Shown here: piece after piece, positions 39,292-52,281 of the stretch
Layout of the letters: the number at the start of each line of letters is the position of its first letter
Position numbering within the stretch: position 1 is the first letter of the stretch
DNA from: Clostridia bacterium
GTDB lineage: Bacteria; Bacillota; Clostridia; TANB77; CAG-508
Length of the DNA stretch: 64,000 bases
NCBI GenBank assembly: GCA_017613275.1
Contig: JAGAED010000003.1
Location: 1,501-65,500 of the forward strand
Reading direction: 5' to 3'
Position numbers and translations under genes: made by a program
The notes under the pieces: model-generated
Told to the model about the DNA's origin: nothing
Databases searched by the model: none
Seen by the model: only the letters and a program-made list of their open reading frames with translations

Positions 39292-41418
39292 ATGTTTAAA
39301 AGCTATGAAATGGAATTAGCTGGAAGAAAACTAGTAATCGAAACAGGAAAACTAGCAGGACTAGCAAATGGAAGCGTATTAGTAAGATATGGAGATACAG
39401 TAGTAATGGTAAACGTTACTGCATCAAAAGAACCAAGAGAAGGGATAGACTTTTTCCCACTATCTGTAGATTTTGAAGAAAAATTATATTCAGTTGGAAA
39501 AATACCTGGAAGCTTTATGAAAAGAGAAGGAAAACCAAGTGATAAATCAATACTAACATCGAGAGCAATAGATAGACCTTTAAGACCACTATTCCCAAAA
39601 GATTTTAGAAATGATGTAGTAGTTGTTGCAACAGTATTATGTGTTGAACAAGATAACTCACCAGAAGTTGCAGCAATGATAGGAGCTGCAGCAGCTTTAG
39701 CAATATCAGACATCCCATTTGGTGGACCAACAGCAGCAGTTGCAGTAGGTTTAGTTGATGGACAAATCGTTATAAACCCAACAGAAGCACAAAGAGAAGT
39801 ATCAGATTTAACATTAACAGTAGCTGCTACAGAAAACAAAATAACAATGATTGAAGCAGGAGCAAATGAAGTTCCAAACGATGTAATGTTAAATGCAATA
39901 AAAACAGCACATGAAGAAATCAAGAAAATTTGTGAATTTATTACAAACATCCAAAAAGAAATCGGAAAACCAAAATTTGAATACAAATCATTTGAAGTTG
40001 ACCATGATGTTTATGAATTTGTAAACGACAATTTCAAAGAAGAAATGAAACAAGCAGTTCAAGAAGAAGACAAAACTGTAAGAGATAATAATATAGATGA
40101 ATTAACAGCAAAAATAGAAGAAGCATATAAAGAAAAATTTGGAGAAGAAGAATTCGAAGCACACAAATCAGACTTAGGAGAAGCAATCTACAAAGTTGAA
40201 AAAATGTGTGTTAGAGAAATGATATTCAACGAACATAAAAGAGTTGATGGTAGAGCATTAGACGAAATAAGACCATTATCTTGCGAAGTAGGATTATTAC
40301 CAAGAACACATGGTAGTGCATTATTCACAAGAGGACAAACTCAAGTAATGTCAGTTGCAACACTTGGAATGGTATCTGAAGAACAAAAATTAGATGGTAT
40401 AGATGCTGAAGAATCAAAAAGATATATTCACCACTATAATTTCCCAAGCTACAGCGTAGGAGAAGCAAGACCATCAAGAGGACCAGGAAGAAGAGAAGTA
40501 GGACATGGAGCATTAGCAGAAAAAGCTTTAGTTCCAGTAATACCTTCAAAAGAAGAATTCCCATATGCAATAAGAGTTGTTTCAGAAGTATTATCTTCAA
40601 ACGGATCAACATCACAAGCAAGTATATGTGGAAGCACATTAGCACTTATGGATGCTGGGGTCCCAATTAAGAGACCAGTTGCAGGAATTTCAACAGGATT
40701 AATTACAAATCCAAATGATGATAACGACTATGTAATGTTGTTAGATATCCAAGGATTAGAGGACTTCTTTGGAGACATGGATTTCAAGGTTGGTGGAACA
40801 GAAAAAGGTATAACAGCAATCCAAGTTGATATTAAATGTGATGGTTTAACATATGACATAATCGCAGAAGCATTTGAAAGAACAGAAAAAGCAAGAATGC
40901 ACATACTAAATGACATTATGCTACCAGTAATTTCTGAACCAAGAACTGAAATATCAGCTTATGCACCAAAAATAATAAGCACAACAATCAAAGTTGAAAA
41001 AATAAAAGATGTAATTGGTTCTGGCGGAAAAACAATAAACAAAATAATTGATGAAACTGGAGTAAAAATTGATATTGAAGAAGATGGACAAGTATTCATT
41101 TATTCACAAGATAATTTACAAGCAATGAGAGCTTTAGAAATGATAGAAGATATCGTTAGAGAGGTTGAAGTCGATGGAATTTATCTTGGTACAGTATCAA
41201 GAATAATGGCATTTGGAGCATTCATAGACTTAGGAATAGGAGATAAAGAAGGCTTACTTCACATATCAAAAATTTCTAATGAAAGAATAAAAAATGTAGA
41301 GGATGTTCTTCATGTTGGAGATAAAATAACAGTAAAAGTAACAGACATCGACGAACAAGGAAGAATCAACTTAACAGCAAAAGGATTAAATGAATCAAAA
41401 GTATACGAAGAAGACTAA
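39292..41418 (+). CDS. pnp: polyribonucleotide nucleotidyltransferase
   Basis: 708 aa with two RNase PH domains, a KH domain and an S1 domain. Confidence 0.95.
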   Translation: MFKSYEMELAGRKLVIETGKLAGLANGSVLVRYGDTVVMVNVTASKEPREGIDFFPLSVDFEEKLYSVGKIPGSFMKREGKPSDKSILTSRAIDRPLRPLFPKDFRNDVVVVATVLCVEQDNSPEVAAMIGAAAALAISDIPFGGPTAAVAVGLVDGQIVINPTEAQREVSDLTLTVAATENKITMIEAGANEVPNDVMLNAIKTAHEEIKKICEFITNIQKEIGKPKFEYKSFEVDHDVYEFVNDNFKEEMKQAVQEEDKTVRDNNIDELTAKIEEAYKEKFGEEEFEAHKSDLGEAIYKVEKMCVREMIFNEHKRVDGRALDEIRPLSCEVGLLPRTHGSALFTRGQTQVMSVATLGMVSEEQKLDGIDAEESKRYIHHYNFPSYSVGEARPSRGPGRREVGHGALAEKALVPVIPSKEEFPYAIRVVSEVLSSNGSTSQASICGSTLALMDAGVPIKRPVAGISTGLITNPNDDNDYVMLLDIQGLEDFFGDMDFKVGGTEKGITAIQVDIKCDGLTYDIIAEAFERTEKARMHILNDIMLPVISEPRTEISAYAPKIISTTIKVEKIKDVIGSGGKTINKIIDETGVKIDIEEDGQVFIYSQDNLQAMRALEMIEDIVREVEVDGIYLGTVSRIMAFGAFIDLGIGDKEGLLHISKISNERIKNVEDVLHVGDKITVKVTDIDEQGRINLTAKGLNESKVYEED

Positions 41419-41447
41419 AAAAATCTCGGCTTAGCCGAGATTTTTTT
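41417..41447 (+). terminator. pnp terminator
   Basis: AAATCTCGGC/GCCGAGATTT stem plus a T-run. Confidence 0.8.
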
Positions 41448-41520
41448 GGTCAATTACTTGTAAAAATAGTACTTTTAGTATAAAATACATAGTGTAAAAA
41501 ATATAATTAAAGGAGAAAAA

Positions 41521-42642
41521 ATGAAAGCTCTTGTTATAGATAAAGCAGATTTAATACACAATATAGAAAGTGTTAAAAAATATGCAGATAAAACATTGCC
41601 AGATGATAATGGTAATAAATTAAAAATAATAGCAGTGGTAAAAGCAAATGGTTATGGGTTTGGAATAGTGCCATACACACAATTTCTAATTGATAACGGA
41701 ATTGACTTTTTTGCAGTAGCAACAATAGAAGAAGCACTAAAACTTAGAGAAGCAGGCATAAAAGAAAATATTTTAATGCTATCATCTACAGCAATAAGGG
41801 AAGAAGTAGAAAAACTAGTTGAAAACAATATTATATTATGTGTTGGTTCAAAAGAAGCAGCAGAAGTTGCAAATGAAATAGGAAAAGAACAAAATAAAAA
41901 AATAAGATGTCACTTAAAAATAGACACAGGCTTTGGAAGATATGGATTCATTTATTGTGAAAGAGAAAAAATGATAGAAGCCATAAAACCTTTAGAAAAC
42001 ATAAAAATTGAAGGAACATTTACACATTTTTCAATAGCATTTTATAATAAAGACGAATATACAAAATTACAATTTAAAAGATTTATAGATTGTGTGGAAG
42101 TTCTAAAAATGAATGAAATAGAAACAGGAATGTTACATTGTTGTAACTCTTCAGCATTTATAAAATTTCCAGAAATGCACCTAAATGCAGTAAGAATAGG
42201 CTCTTGCTTTACAGGCAAAATGGCATTTACAAACACTTTAGGATTAAAAACAGTAGGAAAATTCAAATCAAATGTTGTGGAAATAAAAACACTTCCAAAA
42301 GGATTTAATGTTGGATATTCAAATTCATACACAACAAAACAGGAAACTAAAGTAGCAATAATACCAGTAGGCAATATGACAGGCGTAAACATGGATTGTG
42401 GAGATGACATGTTTAGAGCTGTGGACAAGCTTAGAAATTTTGTGGGAGCATTTAAAAACTTATTTAAAAACAGAGCTTTATATGTTAATATAAATGGTCA
42501 AAAGTGTAAAATTTTAGGTAGAATAGGAACATATCATGTAACAGTTGATATTTCAGGAAAAAACATAAATATTGGCGATGAAGTTATTATAGATATAAAT
42601 CCTAAATATTTAGATTCTAGTATTCAAAGAATTTATGAATAG
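41521..42642 (+). CDS. alr: alanine racemase
   Basis: PLP-lysine motif AVVKANGYGFG. 373 aa. Confidence 0.85.
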   Translation: MKALVIDKADLIHNIESVKKYADKTLPDDNGNKLKIIAVVKANGYGFGIVPYTQFLIDNGIDFFAVATIEEALKLREAGIKENILMLSSTAIREEVEKLVENNIILCVGSKEAAEVANEIGKEQNKKIRCHLKIDTGFGRYGFIYCEREKMIEAIKPLENIKIEGTFTHFSIAFYNKDEYTKLQFKRFIDCVEVLKMNEIETGMLHCCNSSAFIKFPEMHLNAVRIGSCFTGKMAFTNTLGLKTVGKFKSNVVEIKTLPKGFNVGYSNSYTTKQETKVAIIPVGNMTGVNMDCGDDMFRAVDKLRNFVGAFKNLFKNRALYVNINGQKCKILGRIGTYHVTVDISGKNINIGDEVIIDINPKYLDSSIQRIYE

Positions 42643-42657
42643 TGGGGAGAGAGAAGA

Positions 42658-43680
42658 ATGGAAGATTCAAAAATATTAAAAAAAGGCTTTTTTAAAAAAG
42701 TATGGTATTCAATATTTAAAATAGAAAAATATGGTGAGATGGCTGCAGAAGGAGTTCCAAGGGCAATATTTTATATAATAAAATTAGCTTTAATAATTGC
42801 ACTAATTACAGCGATTGGAGCAATATTCCAAGCAAATAAATTAGTGGAAAAAGGAAAAGACTTTATAGAAAATCAAGTTGGAGAATTCACATATAAAGAA
42901 GGAATATTAAGTGTAGAAAAAGAAGAACAAATAACAGCTCCAAGCTCACAATTTGGTCAAATAATAATAAATACTAGTGTAGAAACTGATGAAGAAATTA
43001 ATGAAATATTAAATTCAATACAAACATCAAAAGGAATAGTATTCTTAAAAGATAGAGCTGTTGCAAAAGGATTTACAACAAAGGGATTATTAGTTTACAA
43101 GTATGCAGATATAATGAGTGGAACAGAGATTGAAGAACTAAACAAACAAGATTTAATAGACTTTTTTGGTGGAGACAACTTATGGAAAATTTATTTAGCA
43201 GTATTAGTTGTAATTACACTATACATGCTATTAAGTTACACATTACAATTCTTATGGTACAACGTAGTATTAAGCTTATTTGGTTTTGTTGTAACATATT
43301 TCTCAAAAATAAAAATGAGATATGCAGCTGTATTTAATATGGCTTGTTATGCATTTACATTATCAATTTTATTGCAAGGAATTTATGTATTAGTAAATAT
43401 ATTCTGGAATTTTGAGATGAAATATTTTCAAGTAATGTATGTGGCAGTTGCAGCAATTTACTTAATTGCAGCAATATTCTTAATAAGAGCAGAATTTATA
43501 AAACAACAAGTTGAAATGGTTAAAATGAGCGAAATTAAGAAACAAGAAGATGATGAAAAAGAGGAAAATAAAGAAGACAACAAAGAAGAGAAAAAACAAG
43601 AAGAACCAAAAGAAAAAGAACAACCAAAAGATAAAAAGAAGGAAAAGAATGGAGCAGAACCAGAAGGTTCACAAGCATAA
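42658..43680 (+). CDS. DUF1189-like membrane protein with a K/E-rich tail
   Basis: Multi-TM. The family call is from memory. Confidence 0.5.
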   Translation: MEDSKILKKGFFKKVWYSIFKIEKYGEMAAEGVPRAIFYIIKLALIIALITAIGAIFQANKLVEKGKDFIENQVGEFTYKEGILSVEKEEQITAPSSQFGQIIINTSVETDEEINEILNSIQTSKGIVFLKDRAVAKGFTTKGLLVYKYADIMSGTEIEELNKQDLIDFFGGDNLWKIYLAVLVVITLYMLLSYTLQFLWYNVVLSLFGFVVTYFSKIKMRYAAVFNMACYAFTLSILLQGIYVLVNIFWNFEMKYFQVMYVAVAAIYLIAAIFLIRAEFIKQQVEMVKMSEIKKQEDDEKEENKEDNKEEKKQEEPKEKEQPKDKKKEKNGAEPEGSQA

Positions 43681-43701
43681 TGAAAAGGAGTAATTAGTTA
43701 A

Positions 43702-45504
43702 ATGAGTAAAAAAGGAAATAATAAAAATAATTCAAACAAAAAGATTTTAGTTGGAATTATTATATTCTTATGTATTGCAATTATTGCAGGGGTTGTAGCA
43801 TATTTCTTGATAAATAAAAATAAAGACCAAAAAGATGACAAAACTCTTGCATATACAGATTTAATTAAAGAAATATCTTATGGAAATGTAGAAAAAGTAG
43901 AAATGACAGTTGGTAGCACTTCTGTTAAAGTTAAAATAAAAAATGAAGAAGAAGAAAAGTCAGCACTAGTGCCAGATACAGAAAGTTTTGTTTCTCTAAT
44001 TCAAGAAAAAGTTGCTCAAGGTAATGAAATTGAGTTAATTCAAAATCCAAAAGGATTTTTCGCACAATTCATGTCTGTGTTAATTTCATTCCTTCCAACA
44101 TTAATAATGCTTGCATTATTTATAATGATATTCAAAATGCAAGGACTTGGAGAAAAAGGCAAAGTATATGACGAAACAGAAAGAAAAACAAAAATAAAAT
44201 TTGACGATGTTGCAGGATTAGAAGAAGAAAAACAAGAAATGATTGAGATTGTAGACTTCTTGAAAAAACCAGAAAAATTCGCAAAAATGGGAGCAAGAGT
44301 TCCAAGAGGAGTTCTATTAAATGGTAAACCTGGAACAGGTAAAACACTTATAGCAAAAGCAATAGCAGGAGAAGCAAATGTGCCATTTATATCTATGAGT
44401 GGTTCAGAATTTATAGAAATGTTTGCAGGTCTAGGAGCTTCAAGAGTTAGAAAACTATTTGAAAAAGCTAGAAAGTTAGCTCCATGTATAGTTTTTATAG
44501 ATGAAATTGATGCAATAGGTGCAAGAAGAACAACAAATAGCGGTGCAGAGTCTGAAAATAATCAAACTCTAAACCAATTATTAGTTGAAATGGACGGATT
44601 CAGTTCTGAAGAAACTATAATAGTTTTAGCAGCAACAAACAGACCAGAAATGCTAGATAAAGCACTTCTAAGAGCTGGGAGATTTGATAGACAAATAACA
44701 ATTCCAGCACCAGACTTAAAAGGAAGATTAGATATTCTTAAAATACATGCAAAAGGTAAAAAACTATCAGATGATGTTAACCTAGAAAGTATTGCAGAAG
44801 ATACAGCTGGTTACACAGGGGCAGAACTTGCAAATATTCTAAATGAAGCTGCAATAATAGCAACAATAAATGGTCATATAGAAATAGAAAATCCAGATAT
44901 AGAAGAAGCTGTTAAAAAAGTAACAGTTGGTCTAGAAAAAAGAACAAGAAAATATTCAGAAAAAGACAAACGCCTAACAGCATATCACGAGGCAGGTCAT
45001 GCAGTTGTAAGCAGATATCTTCCAACTCAAACAGATGTAAAAGAAATATCAATAATTCCAAGAGGTGTAGCAGGTGGTTACACAATGTATAAAGCAGATG
45101 ATGATAAATACTATATTTCTAAAACAGAAATGCAAGAAAAACTAATTGCATTGCTTGGAGGTAGGGCAGCAGAAGAGTTAGTTATAAACGATATTTCAAC
45201 AGGCGCTTCAAACGATATAGAAGTTGCTACAAACATTGCAAGAGATATGGTAACAAAATATGGCATGAGCCAAACACTAGGACCAATTGATTTCCGCGGA
45301 AAAGAACCATACGAAATGCAATTATTTGGTGAGAATATTGGAGATGTAATTGGAGCAGAGGTTAAAAAACTAATTGACACAGCATATAGACAAGCAAAAG
45401 AATTGTTAATAGTTCACAGAGATAAATTAGATCTAATTGCAGAAACATTGATTAGACAAGAAAAAATCAACGAAACACAATTTAATGAATTATTTGGAAA
45501 ATAA
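43702..45504 (+). CDS. ftsH: ATP-dependent zinc metalloprotease FtsH
   Basis: GKPGTGKT, an SRH region and HEAGHA. Confidence 0.95.
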   Translation: MSKKGNNKNNSNKKILVGIIIFLCIAIIAGVVAYFLINKNKDQKDDKTLAYTDLIKEISYGNVEKVEMTVGSTSVKVKIKNEEEEKSALVPDTESFVSLIQEKVAQGNEIELIQNPKGFFAQFMSVLISFLPTLIMLALFIMIFKMQGLGEKGKVYDETERKTKIKFDDVAGLEEEKQEMIEIVDFLKKPEKFAKMGARVPRGVLLNGKPGTGKTLIAKAIAGEANVPFISMSGSEFIEMFAGLGASRVRKLFEKARKLAPCIVFIDEIDAIGARRTTNSGAESENNQTLNQLLVEMDGFSSEETIIVLAATNRPEMLDKALLRAGRFDRQITIPAPDLKGRLDILKIHAKGKKLSDDVNLESIAEDTAGYTGAELANILNEAAIIATINGHIEIENPDIEEAVKKVTVGLEKRTRKYSEKDKRLTAYHEAGHAVVSRYLPTQTDVKEISIIPRGVAGGYTMYKADDDKYYISKTEMQEKLIALLGGRAAEELVINDISTGASNDIEVATNIARDMVTKYGMSQTLGPIDFRGKEPYEMQLFGENIGDVIGAEVKKLIDTAYRQAKELLIVHRDKLDLIAETLIRQEKINETQFNELFGK

Positions 45505-45585
45505 AAAAGGAAATTTTAAAATTTCCTTTTCTTTTTTGCTTTATTTGTATATAATAAGAAAAGAAAAATTGAAAATAAGGAATGA

Positions 45586-47592
<2,007 letters not shown>

Positions 47593-47608
47593 ATGATGGA
47601 GGCAAAAC

Positions 47609-47857
47609 ATGAAAGAATATACATTTGAAATGATGTGGGAAGACCTAAACAATGGTTATCAAATATATTACACATATGTAAGAAATAGATACCTATTATT
47701 TAAAACAGCACCAAATTGCTACACACAAAAATTATTATCAACAAACGACAAAAATCCACAACCAAAGATGAGTATGCTAACATTAAAAAGAATACGCGAG
47801 ATGCATCCGCATATGGAGGATATAGAATTCAAAATAACTAGTGATGGTATTATATAA
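47609..47857 (+). CDS. hypothetical protein
   Basis: 82-aa ORF translationally coupled after ligA. Confidence 0.5.
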   Translation: MKEYTFEMMWEDLNNGYQIYYTYVRNRYLLFKTAPNCYTQKLLSTNDKNPQPKMSMLTLKRIREMHPHMEDIEFKITSDGII

Positions 47858-47875
47858 TATGAGAGGTAATTCAAA

Positions 47876-48991
47876 ATGGAAAATAAAGTTTCAAAATTAG
47901 CATCCAACTTGCTAAATCATTCAGTAAAACTACAAAAAGGTGAAAAAATTCTAATAGAAATGTTAGGAACAGATTGTAGTGATTTAGCAGTAGAATTAAT
48001 TAAACAAGCAAAAGAAATAGGAGCAATACCATTATTTAATATTATAGATTATAAAGTATTAAAAGAAATACTTTTAAATTGCAATGAAGAGCAAATAGAA
48101 GCATATAAAAAAATAGATTTAATAAGAATGCAAGATGCTGATTGTTATATTGGAATTCGTTCAGCAAATCCAAAAGATTTAGAGGGAATTTCAAAAGAAA
48201 GTATGGAAATATTTAATAAAATCTATCAAACCCCAGTGCATTTGGAAGAAAGGGTAAAAAATACAAGATGGTGTATTTTAAGATACCCAAACGAATCAAT
48301 GGCACAAATGGCTAAGATGAGTTTAGAAGAATTTACAGAATTTTTCTATAATGTGTGTACTATTGATTATTCTAAAATGGAAAAAGCAATGGAACCGTTA
48401 AAACAATTGCTATCAAACACGGATAAAGTCCATATTATAGGACCTGAAACAGATTTAACATTTAGTGTAAAAGGAATTCCAGCAGAAAAATACTATGGAA
48501 CTTTCAATATCCCAGATGGAGAAGTGGCATCATGTCCAACAAAATATAGCGCAAACGGGTATATTACATATAATACAGAAACGACTTATAATGGAATAAC
48601 CTTCAAAAAAATATATTTTGAATTAAAAGATGGTAAAATAATAAAGGCAGAAGCGGGAGATAAAACAAAAGAATTAAATGAAATACTAGATACAGACGAA
48701 GGAGCAAGATACATAGGAGAATTTGCTTTGGGATTAAACCCTTATGTAGAAAGACCAATAGGAGATACACTATTTGATGAAAAAGTAAAAGGAAGTTTTC
48801 ATTTCACTCCAGGAACAGCATTAGAGGAGAGTGATAATGGTAATAGATCAAATATACATTGGGACATAGTATGTATCCAAACCCCTGAATATGGTGGAGG
48901 AGAAATATATTTTGATGATGTGCTAATCAGAAAAGATGGTAGATTTGTTTTGTCTGAATTAGAGAGCTTGAATCCAGAAAATTTGATGTAA
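47876..48991 (+). CDS. aminopeptidase, M29 (AmpS/PepS) family
   Basis: 371 aa with YIGEFALGLNP and HFTPG. Confidence 0.75.
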   Translation: MENKVSKLASNLLNHSVKLQKGEKILIEMLGTDCSDLAVELIKQAKEIGAIPLFNIIDYKVLKEILLNCNEEQIEAYKKIDLIRMQDADCYIGIRSANPKDLEGISKESMEIFNKIYQTPVHLEERVKNTRWCILRYPNESMAQMAKMSLEEFTEFFYNVCTIDYSKMEKAMEPLKQLLSNTDKVHIIGPETDLTFSVKGIPAEKYYGTFNIPDGEVASCPTKYSANGYITYNTETTYNGITFKKIYFELKDGKIIKAEAGDKTKELNEILDTDEGARYIGEFALGLNPYVERPIGDTLFDEKVKGSFHFTPGTALEESDNGNRSNIHWDIVCIQTPEYGGGEIYFDDVLIRKDGRFVLSELESLNPENLM

Positions 48992-49134
48992 GAATAAAGA
49001 TTTTAAAACAGCAATAGAGTAGAAATAATTTCTGCTCTATTTTAGTTTTTATTATAGCATAAAAAAATTACAAATCAAGATAAATATGTCATATAAAGAT
49101 TAGAGAAAAATAAAATATACTAGAGGTGAAGTTT

Positions 49135-49590
49135 ATGAACAAAATCTGGATTTATATTAAATCAATATTAATACCAGTAGCAGTTGGAGGAATAGTAGGT
49201 TTTATTACATCAAAATTCATAGATTATGAAACATTAGTAAAACCATTTCTATCGCCACCAGCTGCTGTTTTTCCAATAGTATGGACTATTCTTTACATAC
49301 TAATGGGAGTAAGCTATGGAATACTAAAGAGCAATGGTCAAACAGATTCACAAATTGATTTTATTTATTATTTACAATTAGGGGTAAATGCATTATGGTC
49401 AATATTCTTCTTTGTATTTAAATGGAGATTATTCTCAATATTATGGATTATACTTCTTGCATTACTTGTAATATCTATGATAAGGCTATTCCTAGAAAAG
49501 AATAGACTTGCAGGATTACTGCAATTACCTTATATTGCTTGGGTGCTATTTGCAACATATTTAACAATTGGAGTTTATATTTTAAATTAA
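49135..49590 (+). CDS. tspO: TspO/MBR family tryptophan-rich sensory protein
   Basis: 5 TM helices, with PPAAVFPIVWTILYILMG and NALWSIFFF. Confidence 0.8.
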   Translation: MNKIWIYIKSILIPVAVGGIVGFITSKFIDYETLVKPFLSPPAAVFPIVWTILYILMGVSYGILKSNGQTDSQIDFIYYLQLGVNALWSIFFFVFKWRLFSILWIILLALLVISMIRLFLEKNRLAGLLQLPYIAWVLFATYLTIGVYILN

Positions 49591-49596
49591 ATTAAG

Positions 49597-49633
49597 AACC
49601 TTGTTTTTTGGGAGTGTCCCAAAAAACAAGGTT
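49597..49633. repeat. perfect 37-bp palindromic GGGACAC-repeat terminator
   Basis: AACCTTGTTTTTTGGGAGTGTCCCAAAAAACAAGGTT. Confidence 0.9.
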
Positions 49634-49651
49634 TAAAATTTTGCTTTTTTA

Positions 49652-49696
49652 TTGACTTTTCGGCAAAAACGTGATAAAATTGAAAACGATTTTCAA
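49652..49696 (+). promoter_or_regulatory. promoter (TTGACT-17-TAAAAT) with an overlapping Fur-family box TTGAAAACGATTTTCAA
   Basis: The 8-1-8 inverted repeat (one mismatch) at 49680-49696 sits immediately after the -10 element. Confidence 0.55.
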
Positions 49697-49712
49697 ATTG
49701 GAGGCGATTTTA

Positions 49713-50102
49713 TTGAAAAATAGCTATAAAACAGAACAAAGAAAATTAATAAAAGATTTTTTAATTGAAAATGAAAACAAATTTGTTAATGCAGAACAAA
49801 TCTTAGAATATATGAAAAAAAATAATCAAATAGTTGGTTTAACAACTATTTATAGATTTTTAAAAATATTAGAAGAAAATGATAATGTAAGAACAGAAAT
49901 AATAAATCATACAAAACATTATCAATATATTTCTTCAAAATGTAGCAACCATTTTCACTTAAAGTGCAAAAAATGTGGGAAAACAATACACTTACATTGC
50001 GAAGAGTTTGAAAGTGTTAGTAATCATATCAAAGAAGAGCACAAATTTAATTTGGATAATAACACTATGATTTATGGTTTGTGTGACAAATGCTTAAAAT
50101 AA
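49713..50102 (+). CDS. zur: Fur-family metalloregulator, probably Zur
   Basis: HHFHLKCKKCG..CDKC. TTG start 8 nt after GGAGG. The track start at 49671 lies inside the promoter. Confidence 0.7.
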   Translation: MKNSYKTEQRKLIKDFLIENENKFVNAEQILEYMKKNNQIVGLTTIYRFLKILEENDNVRTEIINHTKHYQYISSKCSNHFHLKCKKCGKTIHLHCEEFESVSNHIKEEHKFNLDNNTMIYGLCDKCLK

Positions 50103-50121
50103 TAAAAGAAAGGTGGATATA

Positions 50122-50412
50122 ATGAATAACAGAGTATTAAGGATTATAATAATAATTACTATATGTATTTCTTTATTGCTAATTTTTATTGTATCACAAG
50201 ATGAATGCCACCTAAATAATTGTCACGAAGAGCACTGCTCAAGATGCGAAATCATTCAGATTTCAAAATGTATTATTAGTTTTATACAAGTAGCTTTGTT
50301 ATTGATTTTCATTGGATTTCTTATATATATTTTGATAGACAAAATGAAAAAAGAGGAAAGAATAATTATACAGAAATCCTTGATATTTGAGAAAGTTCAA
50401 TTAAACGAATAG
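50122..50412 (+). CDS. small two-TM protein with a Cys/His cluster
   Basis: DECHLNNCHEEHCSRCE between the helices, which includes an HxxxCxxC pattern. Confidence 0.5.
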   Translation: MNNRVLRIIIIITICISLLLIFIVSQDECHLNNCHEEHCSRCEIIQISKCIISFIQVALLLIFIGFLIYILIDKMKKEERIIIQKSLIFEKVQLNE

Positions 50413-50463
50413 AAAAAACAAAAAATAAATTAATTAAATATATGATATAAATGGAGGAGAATA

Positions 50464-51522
50464 ATGAAAAAAATAATTTTAATAATTTTAGCTGCTTTAA
50501 TAGTAGTAGGAGCAGGTTTTTTGATTTTTAATACTGGAGATAACAAAAAGAAAGATACAAGTAAAAAACAAGTTGTTGCAAGCAATTTTGCAAGCTATGA
50601 TTTTTTAAGAGCAATAATAGGAGATAATAAAGATGTTGAACTTACATTTTTATTAGGACCAGGAAAAGATGCACATAGTTTTGACCCAACAGCCAAAGAT
50701 TTAACAACAATACAAAATGCAGATTTATTTGTATATATCGGTGGAGAAATGGAAAAATGGTCAGATAAAGTTTTAGAGTCTTTAAAAGAAGAAAAAGATG
50801 TAAAAACAATTTGTATTGCTGATTATGTTGATACAATAGAAGAAAAAGAAGTTGACGGGGCTGAGGAAGAAGAAGAACATGAACATCATCATGGAGAAGA
50901 TGGCGAAGAACACCATGAAGAGGGAGAAGACCACGACCATGACCATGAAGATGGAGAAGAAGAACATCATCATGAACATGAAGAAGGAGCATTTGATGAA
51001 CACATTTGGACATCACCTGAAAATGCAATAAAAATGGTAAATAAATTAGAACAATCAATGGAAGAAATTGACGAAGCAAACAAAGAAAAATACAAAGAAA
51101 ATGCTAAAAACTATATAGCAAAAATACAAGATGTTGATAAAAAAATAAAAGAAATTGTTAATAAAAAAGTTAGAAATAGATTAATATTTGGTGATAAAAT
51201 GCCAATGCAATATTTCTTAGAATATTATAAATTAGAAGCAAGTGCAGCATTTAATGGATGTAGTTCAGAAACAGAACCATCTGCAAAAACAATTGCATAC
51301 CTAGAAAATAAAGCAAAAGAAGAAAAAACACCAGTTATTTTATATATAGAATTAAATAATGGTAGAGTTGCTAAAACTATTGCAGACGAAGTAGGAAACG
51401 GATGTAAAGCTATGCAAATTCAAAGTTTACACAATGTTTCTTTAGATGATTTCAATAATGGAGAAACTTGGGTTTCTTTAATGGAACGTAACATTTCAGT
51501 TTTAAGAAGTGCTTTATTATAA
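50464..51522 (+). CDS. znuA: metal (Zn) ABC transporter substrate-binding protein with a His/Glu-rich loop
   Basis: Cluster A-I SBP features and the EEEEHEHHHGEDGEEHHEEGEDHDHDHEDGEEEHHHEHEE loop. Confidence 0.75.
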   Translation: MKKIILIILAALIVVGAGFLIFNTGDNKKKDTSKKQVVASNFASYDFLRAIIGDNKDVELTFLLGPGKDAHSFDPTAKDLTTIQNADLFVYIGGEMEKWSDKVLESLKEEKDVKTICIADYVDTIEEKEVDGAEEEEEHEHHHGEDGEEHHEEGEDHDHDHEDGEEEHHHEHEEGAFDEHIWTSPENAIKMVNKLEQSMEEIDEANKEKYKENAKNYIAKIQDVDKKIKEIVNKKVRNRLIFGDKMPMQYFLEYYKLEASAAFNGCSSETEPSAKTIAYLENKAKEEKTPVILYIELNNGRVAKTIADEVGNGCKAMQIQSLHNVSLDDFNNGETWVSLMERNISVLRSALL

Positions 51523-51567
51523 GTTTTTTTACTTTAAATATATAATTATAAAAAAAAGAGGTAAAAA

Positions 51568-52281
51568 ATGAATTTAATTGAAATAAAAAATGTAAGTTAT
51601 AGTTATCCAACAAAAAAAGATACTTTAAAAAACATAAATATAAAAGTTGAAAAAGGAAAATTCACATGTATAGTTGGTGAAAACGGTTCAGGAAAAAGTA
51701 CATTACTAAAATGTATTTTAGGCTTAAACAAAGGCTACACAGGTGAGATAGAAAAAGTTGATCATATTGGCTATTTGCCACAAAAGAGCGAAATTCAAGC
51801 TCATTTTCCTGCAACAATTGAAGAAGTTGTACTTTCAGGAACAATTTCAAATAATGTAAGAAGTATCTTTTATAAAAAAGAAGACAAAGAAAATGCTAAA
51901 AATGTAATGCAAAAACTAGGAATATATGATGTTAGAAAAACATGTTTTGCAGATTTATCAGGAGGTCAACAACAAAGAGTATTAATTGCAAGAGCATTAT
52001 GCGCAACAAAAAGCATCATCATTTTAGATGAACCAACAAATGGCTTGGATCCAAGTATTGCAAAGCAAATTTATGAGCTATTAGATAAACTAAAAAAGGA
52101 AGAAGGCATTACAGTTCTAATGGTTTCACATGATATAGAAAGAGCATTAAATTACGCGGATAATGTAATAGAAATTGTAAATGGTGAAGTTGCTTATAAT
52201 GGTAATGTAGAAAAATATCACAATGAACATTGCGATTGTCCTTGTCATCATCATGAAGAAGAAGATGGAGGTGCAAAATAA
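51568..52281 (+). CDS. znuC: metal ABC transporter ATP-binding protein
   Basis: GENGSGKST, LSGGQQQR, and a C-terminal HCDCPCHHHEEE. Confidence 0.8.
   Translation: MNLIEIKNVSYSYPTKKDTLKNINIKVEKGKFTCIVGENGSGKSTLLKCILGLNKGYTGEIEKVDHIGYLPQKSEIQAHFPATIEEVVLSGTISNNVRSIFYKKEDKENAKNVMQKLGIYDVRKTCFADLSGGQQQRVLIARALCATKSIIILDEPTNGLDPSIAKQIYELLDKLKKEEGITVLMVSHDIERALNYADNVIEIVNGEVAYNGNVEKYHNEHCDCPCHHHEEEDGGAK

Noticed and set aside
39303-39986. 227-aa ORF antisense to pnp. Similar long antisense ORFs occur at 55007-55594 (glyQS), 60209-60775 (minE tail), 3641-4255 (hemW), 20141-20611 (ruvX/DUF1292), 50642-51079 (znuA) and 16949-17589 (the repeat region).
   Set aside because: All lie fully inside confidently identified sense-strand genes. 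They have low-complexity S/F/L/I-rich translations typical of shadow ORFs in AT-rich DNA, with no RBS or motif.
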